64,000 nucleotides of DNA from Candidatus Bathyarchaeia archaeon (GCA_049512075.1 JBEKXL010000006.1:32001-96000); one strand, 5' to 3'; positions 21,434 through 29,936 are shown, counted from the first letter of the stretch. Made by a program: numbers and translations. Notes: generated from the sequence alone by a model not told the origin.

Positions 21434-22795
21434 TTGGAAGAATTCGATGTGATAGTTGTTGGTGCTGGAACCGCTGGATGCTTGGCAGCAAAAACCACGG
21501 CTGACGCAGGCTTGAAGGTCTGCATGGTAGAGAGAAAGAAGAGCGAGGAGATTGGAGAGAAAGTCTGCGGCGACGCGTTGGGCGAGCATCATCTGAAAGC
21601 CTTGGGTTTGGAGAAGCCGCAGGGCGGTGAACTGGAGAAGCGAATCGAGGGCATCAAGATATATTCACCCGATTTGCGGACGGTCTTCACTATTGAACAT
21701 GAAGATTTTGTCGGTTACTTGCTGAACAGACACCTCTTCGGACAATGGCTGTTGAGAAAAGCGCTGGATGAAGGTTCAAGTCTTCTGGATTCAACACAAT
21801 GTCTGAAACCGATGGTTGAGAAACATTACGTAACAGGCGTCGTGGTCAAAAACCTGAGGACCGGCAAAGATGTCCGATTGAAGAGCAAAATAGTCGTGGA
21901 TGCGAGTGGGTTTATGGCCGTGGTCAGAAAAAAGCTCCCAGAAGAATTGGGAATCGAAAACGACGTTGCAAACGAGGATGTTGAAGCGTGCTATCGCGAA
22001 ATACGGCAGCTCAAGCAGGAAACTGAAAACACAAAGTACTGCGAAATCTATCTGAATCAGAGGGTTAGTCCCGGAGGCTACACTTGGATTTTTCCAAAAG
22101 GCGGAGCGAGAGTCAACGCTGGCCTCGGGATTTGCATGCGAGGCGAGTTTCCGAACCCCAAAAACCAGTTTTACAACCATGTTCTGGCCAGACCCATGTT
22201 TGAGGGATCATTACTCCTAACTGGAGGCGCGTGGTACGACCCCACGCGCAGGCCTCTTGATAACATGGTGGGCAATGGGGTGGCCATAATCGGCGACGCA
22301 GCCTGCCTGGTCAACCCGATTCACGGCGGGGGCATAGGCCCATCAATGCTGAGTGGTCACCTTGTCGGCAAAACCGTCGTCGAGGCCTTCAACAAAGATG
22401 ATTTCAGCAAGAAAGCACTGTGGCCTTACAATTGCAGGTACAAAGAAATGTATGGGGCAAAACAGGCCGGCCTAGACATTTTCCGTTTGCTCCTCCTGAA
22501 GAGTCGCGACGAAGACCTCAACTATGGAATGAACTATCAGCTTCTGAAAGAGGAAGACGTCCTGAAGGCTGGTATGGGCGAAGACTTCCATCTGAACGTT
22601 TCGGAAACTGCAAAACGCGTTTTCAAAGGGCTGAAGAGAATACGGTTCCTGAACAGGCTGCGCCTCACGGTGAACATGATGAGGCAAGTCAAAGCTCACT
22701 ACAAAACGTATCCCGTAATTCCGGAAGGCTTTGAAAAGTGGCGGTTACAGACCGTAACCATGTTTGAAGAAGCCAATTCAAAAATCGTAAAATAG
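21434..22795 (+). CDS. Digeranylgeranylglycerophospholipid (geranylgeranyl) reductase
   Basis: GAGTAG FAD motif, KVCGD, PGGYTWIFPKG, GDAA, NPIHGGGI. Confidence 0.92.
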   Translation: MEEFDVIVVGAGTAGCLAAKTTADAGLKVCMVERKKSEEIGEKVCGDALGEHHLKALGLEKPQGGELEKRIEGIKIYSPDLRTVFTIEHEDFVGYLLNRHLFGQWLLRKALDEGSSLLDSTQCLKPMVEKHYVTGVVVKNLRTGKDVRLKSKIVVDASGFMAVVRKKLPEELGIENDVANEDVEACYREIRQLKQETENTKYCEIYLNQRVSPGGYTWIFPKGGARVNAGLGICMRGEFPNPKNQFYNHVLARPMFEGSLLLTGGAWYDPTRRPLDNMVGNGVAIIGDAACLVNPIHGGGIGPSMLSGHLVGKTVVEAFNKDDFSKKALWPYNCRYKEMYGAKQAGLDIFRLLLLKSRDEDLNYGMNYQLLKEEDVLKAGMGEDFHLNVSETAKRVFKGLKRIRFLNRLRLTVNMMRQVKAHYKTYPVIPEGFEKWRLQTVTMFEEANSKIVK

Positions 22796-22886
22796 GCCTT
22801 TCTCGCGTCGCGAGTTCTGGCCACTCTCAGTGCTGAGCAGTCAATTCCCGTGCACTCTGGAAAGGTTTATTTTGTTGCTTGATGCT

Positions 22887-22947
22887 ATGATTCAAAGCTG
22901 CTGGCGGATAGACGTCCGCAGGGATGTGGCCGTGAAGGCTGAACCAT
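22887..22947 (+). promoter_or_regulatory. Structured 5' leader of rpl15e (candidate eL15 ribosomal leader)
   Basis: TATA-like TTTATTT at about 22866; closing stem ATGaTTCA/TGAAcCAT enclosing hairpins GCGGA-tagacg-TCCGC and GCC-gtgaa-GGC. Confidence 0.45.
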
Positions 22948-22971
22948 AAACTAGTGTTAAGGTGGAAACGA

Positions 22972-23550
22972 TTGGCGTACAAATACATTGCTGAGGCATG
23001 GGCTAAGCATGAGAACTCCTATGTTTACGAGCTGATGCGTCAGAGACTGATTGAATGGCGCAGGCAGTCGGTAATAACCCGCATAGAGAAACCGACACGC
23101 TTGGACAAAGCGAGAAAACTGGGTTACAAGGCGAAGCAAGGCTTCGTTTTGGCGCGCGTCCGCATTAGAAGAGGAGGAATGAGGAAGCAGAGGCCTAAAG
23201 CGGGAAGAAGGCCGAAACGGATGGGTGTCAATAAGTTCAAGCCCTCAAAAAGCCTAAGGCTGATCGCCGAAGAAAGAGTTGCAAGGAAGTTTCCCAACCT
23301 TGAGGTTCTGAACTCTTACTGGGTTGGGGAAGACGGCGTTTCAAAATGGTTTGAAGTGATAATGGTTGACCCTCATCATCCAGTGATAAAGGCTGACGAG
23401 AACATCAACTGGATAGGCCAGAAGCAACACCGCAGAAGAGTGTTTAGAAGCCTAACCAGCGCGGGCAAGAAGGTTAGGGCTCTGAGAAGAAGAGGACGCG
23501 GAGCGGAAAAGTTTAGGCCCAGCTTGAAAGCGGGCGCAGGAGGAAAATAG
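22972..23550 (+). CDS. rpl15e: 50S ribosomal protein L15e
   Basis: [51 protein letters not shown]; TTG start after AGGTGG. Confidence 0.97.
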   Translation: MAYKYIAEAWAKHENSYVYELMRQRLIEWRRQSVITRIEKPTRLDKARKLGYKAKQGFVLARVRIRRGGMRKQRPKAGRRPKRMGVNKFKPSKSLRLIAEERVARKFPNLEVLNSYWVGEDGVSKWFEVIMVDPHHPVIKADENINWIGQKQHRRRVFRSLTSAGKKVRALRRRGRGAEKFRPSLKAGAGGK

Positions 23551-23554
23551 TCTC

Positions 23555-23797
23555 ATGACGACAACAAGGCCGAAAGTATTCAAGAACGATGGAAAACAAC
23601 GGTTCGGAAGGGGTTTCAGCCGAGAAGAACTGAAAAAGGCTGGATCAAGCCTGAAAGAAGCCGTAAAGCTCGGCCTACTAGTGGATGATAAGAGAAAAAC
23701 AGGTCACGACGAGAACGTTGAAGCTGCTAAGACCTTTCTGCAGGAGAGGAGACCCGCTTCTAAACCAAAGAAGCCGAGAAGAAAACCTAAAAGCTGA
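23555..23797 (+). CDS. rpl13e: 50S ribosomal protein L13e (short archaeal form)
   Basis: RFGRGFSREELKKAG...LGLLVDDKRKTGHDENV. Confidence 0.88.
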   Translation: MTTTRPKVFKNDGKQRFGRGFSREELKKAGSSLKEAVKLGLLVDDKRKTGHDENVEAAKTFLQERRPASKPKKPRRKPKS

Positions 23798-23821
23798 TAC
23801 GCGTCAATAGATTCTAGTGAT

Positions 23822-24274
23822 GTGTTTTTGTCTTCCGTGGTTCCGATTGTGTACATTGACTTGCGAGTTTTTGCCCACGCAACGGAGGATTTGGACAGAG
23901 TCCTGAGAGCTGTTCGCAACACTCTGCCACCGGAATCGGCAGATACCGTTACCTTCAAGAAGACGACTTTGACGGGGCATCATGGAAACCCCATAACACT
24001 GTTCGAAGCGCGAATCAAGAACAAAAAGGTGGCTCGGGCCTTTCCTGAGAAGCTGGCTTCAGGCTTAAGCATGGTGGACAAGGAAGCTTTGAACAGCGAA
24101 ATCACGCAGCACTTGGAAAACGGGAACCTGTACATCCGCCTCGACAAGCAATCTGCTTACCTAGGCGAATTTAGGCTTGGCTCCACTGATCCCATCCATC
24201 TGCGAATGCACTTCAGGAAACCCAGTGCAGAAGAAGTGATAGACATCTGTAGAAAATTCGGGTTGCTACCATGA
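23822..24274 (+). CDS. RNA-binding protein, DUF54/UPF0201 (exosome-superoperon associated)
   Basis: HATEDLDRV, GHHGNPI, LYIRLDKQ. Confidence 0.88.
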   Translation: MFLSSVVPIVYIDLRVFAHATEDLDRVLRAVRNTLPPESADTVTFKKTTLTGHHGNPITLFEARIKNKKVARAFPEKLASGLSMVDKEALNSEITQHLENGNLYIRLDKQSAYLGEFRLGSTDPIHLRMHFRKPSAEEVIDICRKFGLLP

Positions 24275-25002
24275 AACGGGTTTACGCGGATCTACATCTA
24301 TGCATAGATTGTGACAGGATGGAGCACTTTTCACGTGTCGTGAGCAAGGCATCGAAACTCGGTTACACCTTAATTGCTGTTCCGTTCCGAAAGTTCTCCG
24401 AAGAACAGATTCGGCAGGTACGGGAAACCTGTGAGAGAAGCGACGTGGACTTTGCGTCCCGCGTGGATCTGAGGCCGCGTACGCCGGAAGAGCTCATCAG
24501 CTTCTTGCGCAAACTCAGACGAAGATTTGAGATAGTTGCTGTAATGTGCGAATCAAAAAGTGTTGCGAGGCAAGCGGCAAAAGACCGTCGCGTGGACCTT
24601 CTAAACTTTCCTCAACCCGACTTTCGCAGGGGTTTCTTCGATGCGGCTGAAGCTGAATTGGCCTCAAACTGTCTGGCTTCTCTTGAAATAGACGTGAAAC
24701 CGTTGCTAACGTTGGAAGGACCGGCGAGGATTAGGCTTCTGTCGAGCCTACGCCGAGAAGTGGCCACAGCTCGAGAATTTCATGTTCCAGTCGTCATCTC
24801 GAGCGGAGTCTCAGACGAAATGCTGATGCGCAGACCAAGAGAGCTTGCGGCACTAGCCTCACTTTTCGACTTGAGCGGAGTCCAGGCTCGTGAAGCGGTT
24901 TCCAAGAATCCCGCTGCGATAGTCAAAAGGAACAGGGAGAAGCTGGGGTCAAAGTTTGTGGCGCCTGGAATACGAATAATCAGAAGAGGGAAAAACCGTT
25001 GA
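24271..25002 (+). CDS. rnp3: Ribonuclease P protein component 3 (Rpp30)
   Basis: YADLH N-terminus, ARQAAKDRRVDLL, PVVISSG...MRRPRE; position in the conserved block. Confidence 0.9.
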   Translation: MKRVYADLHLCIDCDRMEHFSRVVSKASKLGYTLIAVPFRKFSEEQIRQVRETCERSDVDFASRVDLRPRTPEELISFLRKLRRRFEIVAVMCESKSVARQAAKDRRVDLLNFPQPDFRRGFFDAAEAELASNCLASLEIDVKPLLTLEGPARIRLLSSLRREVATAREFHVPVVISSGVSDEMLMRRPRELAALASLFDLSGVQAREAVSKNPAAIVKRNREKLGSKFVAPGIRIIRRGKNR

Positions 25003-25328
25003 AAGTACTGAAACGTCGTTATCTGGCCGTGTCGATGGACTCTCATGAAACGTTAGGTTCCCGCGATTTCATGGATGCTGTCTGGGGTGCTGTTTCGAGG
25101 CTTTTCGGAGAGTACGGTGCAAGCCAAGCTGGCTTAAGCCTGATTGATTATGATGAGACAAAAAAGTTGGCGATTGTTCGCACGGGGCACAAGACGCTTG
25201 AAATGGTTCGAACTGCATTGGCATCAATAAGCCAAATCGGAAAAAAGCCTGTCGCCCTGCACGTTTTGGCGGTTTCAGGGACGATAAAGGCACTTCACAA
25301 GAGACTGGAAGAACATTCAGTTTCCTAG
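24999..25328 (+). CDS. rnp2: Ribonuclease P protein component 2 (Pop5/Rpp14)
   Basis: KRRYL, LFGEYGAS, VSGTIKAL. Confidence 0.92.
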   Translation: MKVLKRRYLAVSMDSHETLGSRDFMDAVWGAVSRLFGEYGASQAGLSLIDYDETKKLAIVRTGHKTLEMVRTALASISQIGKKPVALHVLAVSGTIKALHKRLEEHSVS

Positions 25329-25470
25329 CTGCTTTTTCATGTCTTGGATAGCACTCAGCTTTCATTCCCACGCTAGCACACGCTGATCGATGTTTAGCAC
25401 CGATTGACTCGGTTTTTTGGTGCTGGACAATGAAGGGAAAGACTTTATTTGTGGGAGGGTCATCCGATCC

Positions 25471-25539
25471 TCTGGGGGATGATGTAGCCGTCCCAGTCTG
25501 ATTTATGAGATGAAGAACTTATGACGGACAGACCCCGGA
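25471..25539 (+). ncRNA. Box C/D-type sRNA candidate
   Basis: Upstream BRE/TATA (gaaagactttattt); terminal stem TCTGGGG/CCCCGGA; C ATGATGT 25479, D' CTGA 25498, C' ATGAAGA 25510, D CAGA 25529; two 12-nt guide segments. Confidence 0.7.
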
Positions 25540-25764
25540 TAAAATTTAGTTGTGAAGGTCGGTCATCGCTTTCAGCACTTCCTCTGTCTTGATCGAGAGG
25601 CGAAGGCCGAGGCCATGCCTGTCAGGAAGATGCCGTTTTGTGCTTCTAACATGCGGTGTAAACCTGGACTCGGCAAAGTCCTTGCGCCGGCCGCAATAGA
25701 CAGCACAATGCTCATCAAAGGTGTCTGCTCCTCAACGGCTCTGTCGAATGCGCTGCAGTTGCGC

Positions 25765-26145
25765 TTAGTGGCGCATGCATTCAACCATTCTTGCGCATGT
25801 TAGACAGTCGTCGGGAAAAGGCGTGTTCTTTTGATGTTTGTTTAGGTAACCGACGAAATGTCCGCATTTGACAGCGCCTTCTGGCTCTGTCTTCAGCTTC
25901 CCCAGTCCCATGGGCAAAATTGGGGCTTTTTCTTCATTCTCTTTCGATGACACTCTGAAGCTTTGGACCTTGGTCATGCATCGTGGACATGCGTAGTAGG
26001 TTTGTGTTTGGCCTCCTGTTGAGACTGTTGCCAAGATTGGTCTCTGGAATGTTCTTCCGCACTCGTCGCACGTGAAGTCTTTTTCGCGAGTTTTTTTGGG
26101 GCAGTCTTCTTCGTCAGATTTCCATAGGTCTTGTTCTCTCTGCAT
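25765..26145 (-). CDS. Cys-rich double zinc-finger hypothetical protein
   Basis: CDECG...CPRC and CGHFVGYL...CLTC...C motifs; AT-rich promoter upstream. Confidence 0.75.
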   Translation of the reverse strand: MQREQDLWKSDEEDCPKKTREKDFTCDECGRTFQRPILATVSTGGQTQTYYACPRCMTKVQSFRVSSKENEEKAPILPMGLGKLKTEPEGAVKCGHFVGYLNKHQKNTPFPDDCLTCARMVECMRH

Positions 26146-26225
26146 TCTGTGTAGCCCCTGAATTCATATATTAAATGTTAATATTTAATAAACCTTGTTG
26201 TTTACGCGTTCAACAAAAAAACACT

Positions 26226-26323
26226 TGGTGGGCCCGCCCGGATTCGAACCGGGGATCTTCGCCGCTTCCTCCAGCATTTGAACTGCGTGAGGGCGACGTC
26301 CTAGCCAGCTAGACTACGAGCCC
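26226..26323 (-). tRNA. tRNA-Val(CAC) with a 21-nt intron (about 26266-26286); CCA encoded
   Basis: Reverse complement GGGCTCG...TCGCC-CTCAC-[intron]-GC-GGCGA...TTCGAAT...CGGGCCCACCA forms a cloverleaf. Confidence 0.93.
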
Positions 26324-26435
26324 TCCTAGACTTTCTATGAGGCACCTAAACCCTGCGGATTCAGGTTCTGAAATAAGTATTCCAGCTTCATAAAACCTTT
26401 CCTTAAGAGCTTTGAACAGGAGAGATGTGAGCAAC

Positions 26436-26561
26436 ATGAGCCTTTTTTACAGTGATAGAAAATTTGACGAGGAGCAGAGGATTGACAAGGTTTTTTTGAC
26501 TTTGTTCTTTTTGGTGTCAGCTGTCGTTGGCTATGGGATAATTCATTTTCTGCATTTCTAG
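26436..26561 (+). CDS. 41-aa single-TM microprotein (below ORF-track cutoff)
   Basis: MSLFYSDRKFDEEQRIDKVFLTLFFLVSAVVGYGIIHFLHF; AGGAGA and a TATA-like element upstream. Confidence 0.5.
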   Translation: MSLFYSDRKFDEEQRIDKVFLTLFFLVSAVVGYGIIHFLHF

Positions 26562-26749
26562 TCGTTTCTCAAAATCCTTGTCGACTGCTCTCTGGCATTT
26601 TTGAGTCACAGAATCGGAATCACGTATTCCCAAAATCGGTCTAATGGTCCCCCACCTTCAGCCTACACTGTAAACAAAAAAGGTTGGTGAAACTTGTGAA
26701 ACAATGTGTCATAAACCTTTTAAGTGGTCATGTTCACTCTGATTTAATC

Positions 26750-26829
26750 AGAGGTGCAAGTAGAACACTTATAAGGTGATTCTTTCCCCTTCTCCCTCGT
26801 ATAGAAAGAGGAAACAAGCTTGCACCTCT
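26750..26829 (+). ncRNA. Structured small RNA candidate (three-way junction with CU-rich loop)
   Basis: Perfect 11-bp inverted repeat AGAGGTGCAAG/CTTGCACCTCT enclosing two small hairpins; TTTTAA TATA box about 30 nt upstream; no ORF. Strand assigned from the promoter only. Confidence 0.45.
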
Positions 26830-26895
26830 CTCTTCTAGTAATTCAATTCAGAAAACTTAAAAGCACACTTGCCTTTCTTTTGAACTACTACCGTT

Positions 26896-27001
26896 GCCGA
26901 GGTAGCTCAGCCTGGGAGAGCGCTCGACTCAACGCATCCGTGCTTTGGGGGCGAAGCTGAAGACCGAGTCGTCGCCGGTTCAAACCCGGCCCTCGGCACC
27001 A
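26896..27001 (+). tRNA. tRNA-Phe(GAA) with a 29-nt intron at non-canonical position 30/31 (26927-26955); CCA encoded
   Basis: Acceptor stem GCCGAGG/CCTCGGC; spliced anticodon arm CTCGG-CTGAAGA-CCGAG; bulge-helix-bulge AG-CGCT-CGA-CTCAA / TTGGG-GGCG-AAG-CT. Confidence 0.93.
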
Positions 27002-27137
27002 ATGAGCCCAATTTATTCTTGATGTGTGAGAACAAGCTCATTTTGTTCTAATCGCTGAAATTCGATGTTATGAAATCCTTTGGTCATACGTTGAGAAGAA
27101 ACAGCGAGAGCATGAAGGAGAAATTCTTGAATGAAGG

Positions 27138-27512
27138 CTAACGTGTTGGAATGTCAGTTGCTCCAATCTTGCCCTTGAACTTTTCGATAAGGCGTTCGGC
27201 CCTTTGCTTCCGTTCCTCTTCTTGTTTGTAGAATTCAGTGAGATTCTCATTGTCTTGTGGAATCTCTCTTGCATAAGGCCATTTGACGTGAACCTCCGTA
27301 CCATTTTGTCTTTCCTTGAATACGAACTCTATCTCTAATGCTTTCCCAACCCATCCGGGACTGTATGCTACTAGCAAATAATGCGGTGGGACTTCCTTTT
27401 TTATCATCACGTTTTCCAAGCCCACCTCATTCAACGTCTTCTGCACCAGAGAAGAACACTCTTCGATAGGTGTGCTGACCAAGTATTTGCTCTCGAGGAA
27501 TTTCAGCAGCAT
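27138..27512 (-). CDS. Hypothetical protein
   Basis: 124-aa ORF with AGGAGG RBS and a natural globular composition. Confidence 0.7.
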   Translation of the reverse strand: MLLKFLESKYLVSTPIEECSSLVQKTLNEVGLENVMIKKEVPPHYLLVAYSPGWVGKALEIEFVFKERQNGTEVHVKWPYAREIPQDNENLTEFYKQEEERKQRAERLIEKFKGKIGATDIPTR

Positions 27513-27766
27513 TCTAATCCTCCTACTTATGTGTCAAACTTTCTTCTCATAAGCCTTGTTCCACGTTATTCCACTAATGTTTAGAAAGCATGGCACTATG
27601 TATCAAGTCTGCGAAGTGTTGGAGCCAATCTGCTTGTGTTTTGGTCTGTTTTTTGGTTTTCTGAGCAGTTTGGCGTCTTCAATTTACCTCCTGTTGCTGT
27701 CTTTGAATATGGATTTGGGCTTCGTAATTCTTTTACCTTAGGCGTGACAGGAACGACATAGCCTTA

Positions 27767-29668
27767 ATGGTTTGCATTGGTGGGAACGGTATATCTAGAA
27801 TTGGGCACGATTCGAAGGGTCTCAGCAACGTAGTAGTGGTTATGCTAAGCCTAATCATAGTGGTCACCATCGTTGTCAATGTGATCCTGTGGAGCTATCA
27901 GATGAACCAGTTCGACCTGGAAAGAATGCATGAAGACGTCAAGATTACTGACGTTGCCCACGTCAACGGCTCCTCTTCTTGGTTTCCAACCCAGGAGGAA
28001 TTCACCGTAGACGCTGGCAACAAAGTGTCGGGCACCTACATGGACACGCAGAGCATCGACGGTTCATACGAGAGCTTTTCAGAGAGCATGACGCGTGCGG
28101 GAGGTCTGAATTGGTGGGATACGGACTATGTCTATCGCAGAAGGGTGACTATAATGAACAACGCCTCGTCAACTCTCATCATGAACTATTCGGTTTCTGT
28201 AACGTTGGACACTGCTTCGCTGGTTTCTTCCGGCAAGCTCATGCCTAGTGGCCATGACCTTAGAGTAGCCTATCAGGTGGGAAGCAGCTGGGTTGAACTT
28301 GACAGGGAAGTCGACGGCATGGACACCTCTTCAACCCAAGTCTGGTTCAAAACTCAAGCATCAATCCCGGCAAACGGCTCGGACAGCAACTACTATATGT
28401 ACTATGGAAACCCGAACGCTGGAACTCCACCCACGAACGAGAGCAACGTTTACCTATGGTTCGACGATTTCAACAGAGCAGATAAATCGGATATTACCAC
28501 AGAAGCTGCCTATCAAGTCAAGACCGGCGGCGGTACCTGGTCCATTGAAAATGGCGCACTCAAGAATGTTGGGGCTGACGGAGACCCGAACAAGTTGATA
28601 ATCACCACGCTGGGCAATGTCACTGCTGCCGTCGATATGCTCGTGAAAATCGATGTGATTTCCTTTGCCGGCGGTGACCTTAGCAGGATGGGACTATCCT
28701 CTTGCATGGACGGGAGTCCCCCTGAGGGTAGTGGATACTGCGGCTTGTTTCACAACGACAGAAACAGTCTAAATCTTCTGAATGATCTGCGCTCTTGGGG
28801 CACGCATGGAACCTACAGCTGGTCGTTGAACACCTGGTACTACATGCGATTCAGGGTTATCAACCCGTCAAGCGGGCTTGGTGAAGCTAAAGTATGGCCC
28901 GTTGGAACGATTGAACCTGACACGTGGACAGTGAATGGAAGTTTCGGAGGTGGGAGTTCCAGAGGTTACGGCGAAGTTGGGTTTGCAGGTTCGAGAACAT
29001 CCGACACGACATACTTTGACAACATACTCATCCGTTACATCGCTAGTCCAGAGCCTTCAGCCTCTCTAGGAGCAGAGGAGAGCCAATTGAACAACAAGCT
29101 TGAAATCGACGGCACTTTTCCTGTAGATGTCTCGGCATATCCTCTCAATCGCATCCAAACCTTTGAAATACTGATGACCTACAGATCCAGCGACGCAGGC
29201 GAGAAGTGGTATCTAGAAGCCTACAACTGGACATCATCAGCCTTCAGCGACGTTGGCTTCAACTCAACATCCGGCAGCCTTCCCACAACAGGATGGGACA
29301 ATTACGCCGTGAACCTGACCGACCAATGGAACAGCTACATGAGCAGCAACGGAACAGTATGGATAAAGGTGTTTGACCAAGGAACCGATGCAAACCATAC
29401 AACCATTGACATGGATTTCATAGCGGTGAGAGTGGCAACAGACGTGACAAGCTTCACCTTCGAAAACGACGGCTCCTTCACATCCCACCTCATCGCCTTG
29501 TGGATAGATAACTCGACGTTACATCAAAGATATGACATAAGCGTATACATCAATTCCGGGGACACAGTCTCAATCTCTCGTGCTGACGTAAACCTACCCG
29601 AAAAGCCCTACTCTGTCAAGGTCATCTCGGAAAGAGGAAACATCGCCGTATATTCGCCAGCTAAGTGA
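27767..29668 (+). CDS. Pilin/archaellin-like secreted protein with class III signal peptide and DUF2341-like domain
   Basis: SKG|LSNVVVVMLSLIIVV prepilin-type site; WWDTDYVYRRRVTI...DLRV...VWFK...YYMYYGNP...FDDF (DUF2341-like); C-terminal VKVISERGN. Confidence 0.75.
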   Translation: MVCIGGNGISRIGHDSKGLSNVVVVMLSLIIVVTIVVNVILWSYQMNQFDLERMHEDVKITDVAHVNGSSSWFPTQEEFTVDAGNKVSGTYMDTQSIDGSYESFSESMTRAGGLNWWDTDYVYRRRVTIMNNASSTLIMNYSVSVTLDTASLVSSGKLMPSGHDLRVAYQVGSSWVELDREVDGMDTSSTQVWFKTQASIPANGSDSNYYMYYGNPNAGTPPTNESNVYLWFDDFNRADKSDITTEAAYQVKTGGGTWSIENGALKNVGADGDPNKLIITTLGNVTAAVDMLVKIDVISFAGGDLSRMGLSSCMDGSPPEGSGYCGLFHNDRNSLNLLNDLRSWGTHGTYSWSLNTWYYMRFRVINPSSGLGEAKVWPVGTIEPDTWTVNGSFGGGSSRGYGEVGFAGSRTSDTTYFDNILIRYIASPEPSASLGAEESQLNNKLEIDGTFPVDVSAYPLNRIQTFEILMTYRSSDAGEKWYLEAYNWTSSAFSDVGFNSTSGSLPTTGWDNYAVNLTDQWNSYMSSNGTVWIKVFDQGTDANHTTIDMDFIAVRVATDVTSFTFENDGSFTSHLIALWIDNSTLHQRYDISVYINSGDTVSISRADVNLPEKPYSVKVISERGNIAVYSPAK

Positions 29669-29858
29669 GCCCGCGCACAGGCATTATTGAAAGTCCAAGC
29701 CCTTCGACAAGATTTCACTTAAGCCTTGTCATCAATAGGATCTAGAGCCTTGAGTCTGCCCTCAAGCCAGAATCATGACGCAGAACCGAAGCTAACGCGT
29801 TAACGCAGAAAAGGAAAATAGGAACCTCTGCAGAATGTCCTTTACCGATGGATAATGG

Positions 29859-29936
29859 GCGGTCGTAGTCTAGTTTGGTCTAGGACATCAGCCTGCCACG
29901 CTGACGACCCGGGTTCAAATCTCGGCGACCGCACCA
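29859..29936 (+). tRNA. tRNA-Gly(GCC), intronless, CCA encoded
   Basis: Acceptor stem GCGGTCG/CGACCGC, anticodon arm TCAGC-CTGCCAC-GCTGA, T loop TTCAAAT. Confidence 0.96.

Noticed and set aside
25552-25803. ORFs 25552-25803 (+) and 25572-25784 (-)
   Set aside because: Overlap the zinc-finger gene end and the structured region; no protein features.
26896-27001. Reading the tRNA as having a TCA/CAA anticodon (Sec, Leu or suppressor)
   Set aside because: Those bases lie within the BHB-bounded intron; the spliced product is a normal Phe(GAA).
26226-29936. Integrated element at the tRNA cluster
   Set aside because: No integrase and no duplicated tRNA 3' end (att site) found by eye.
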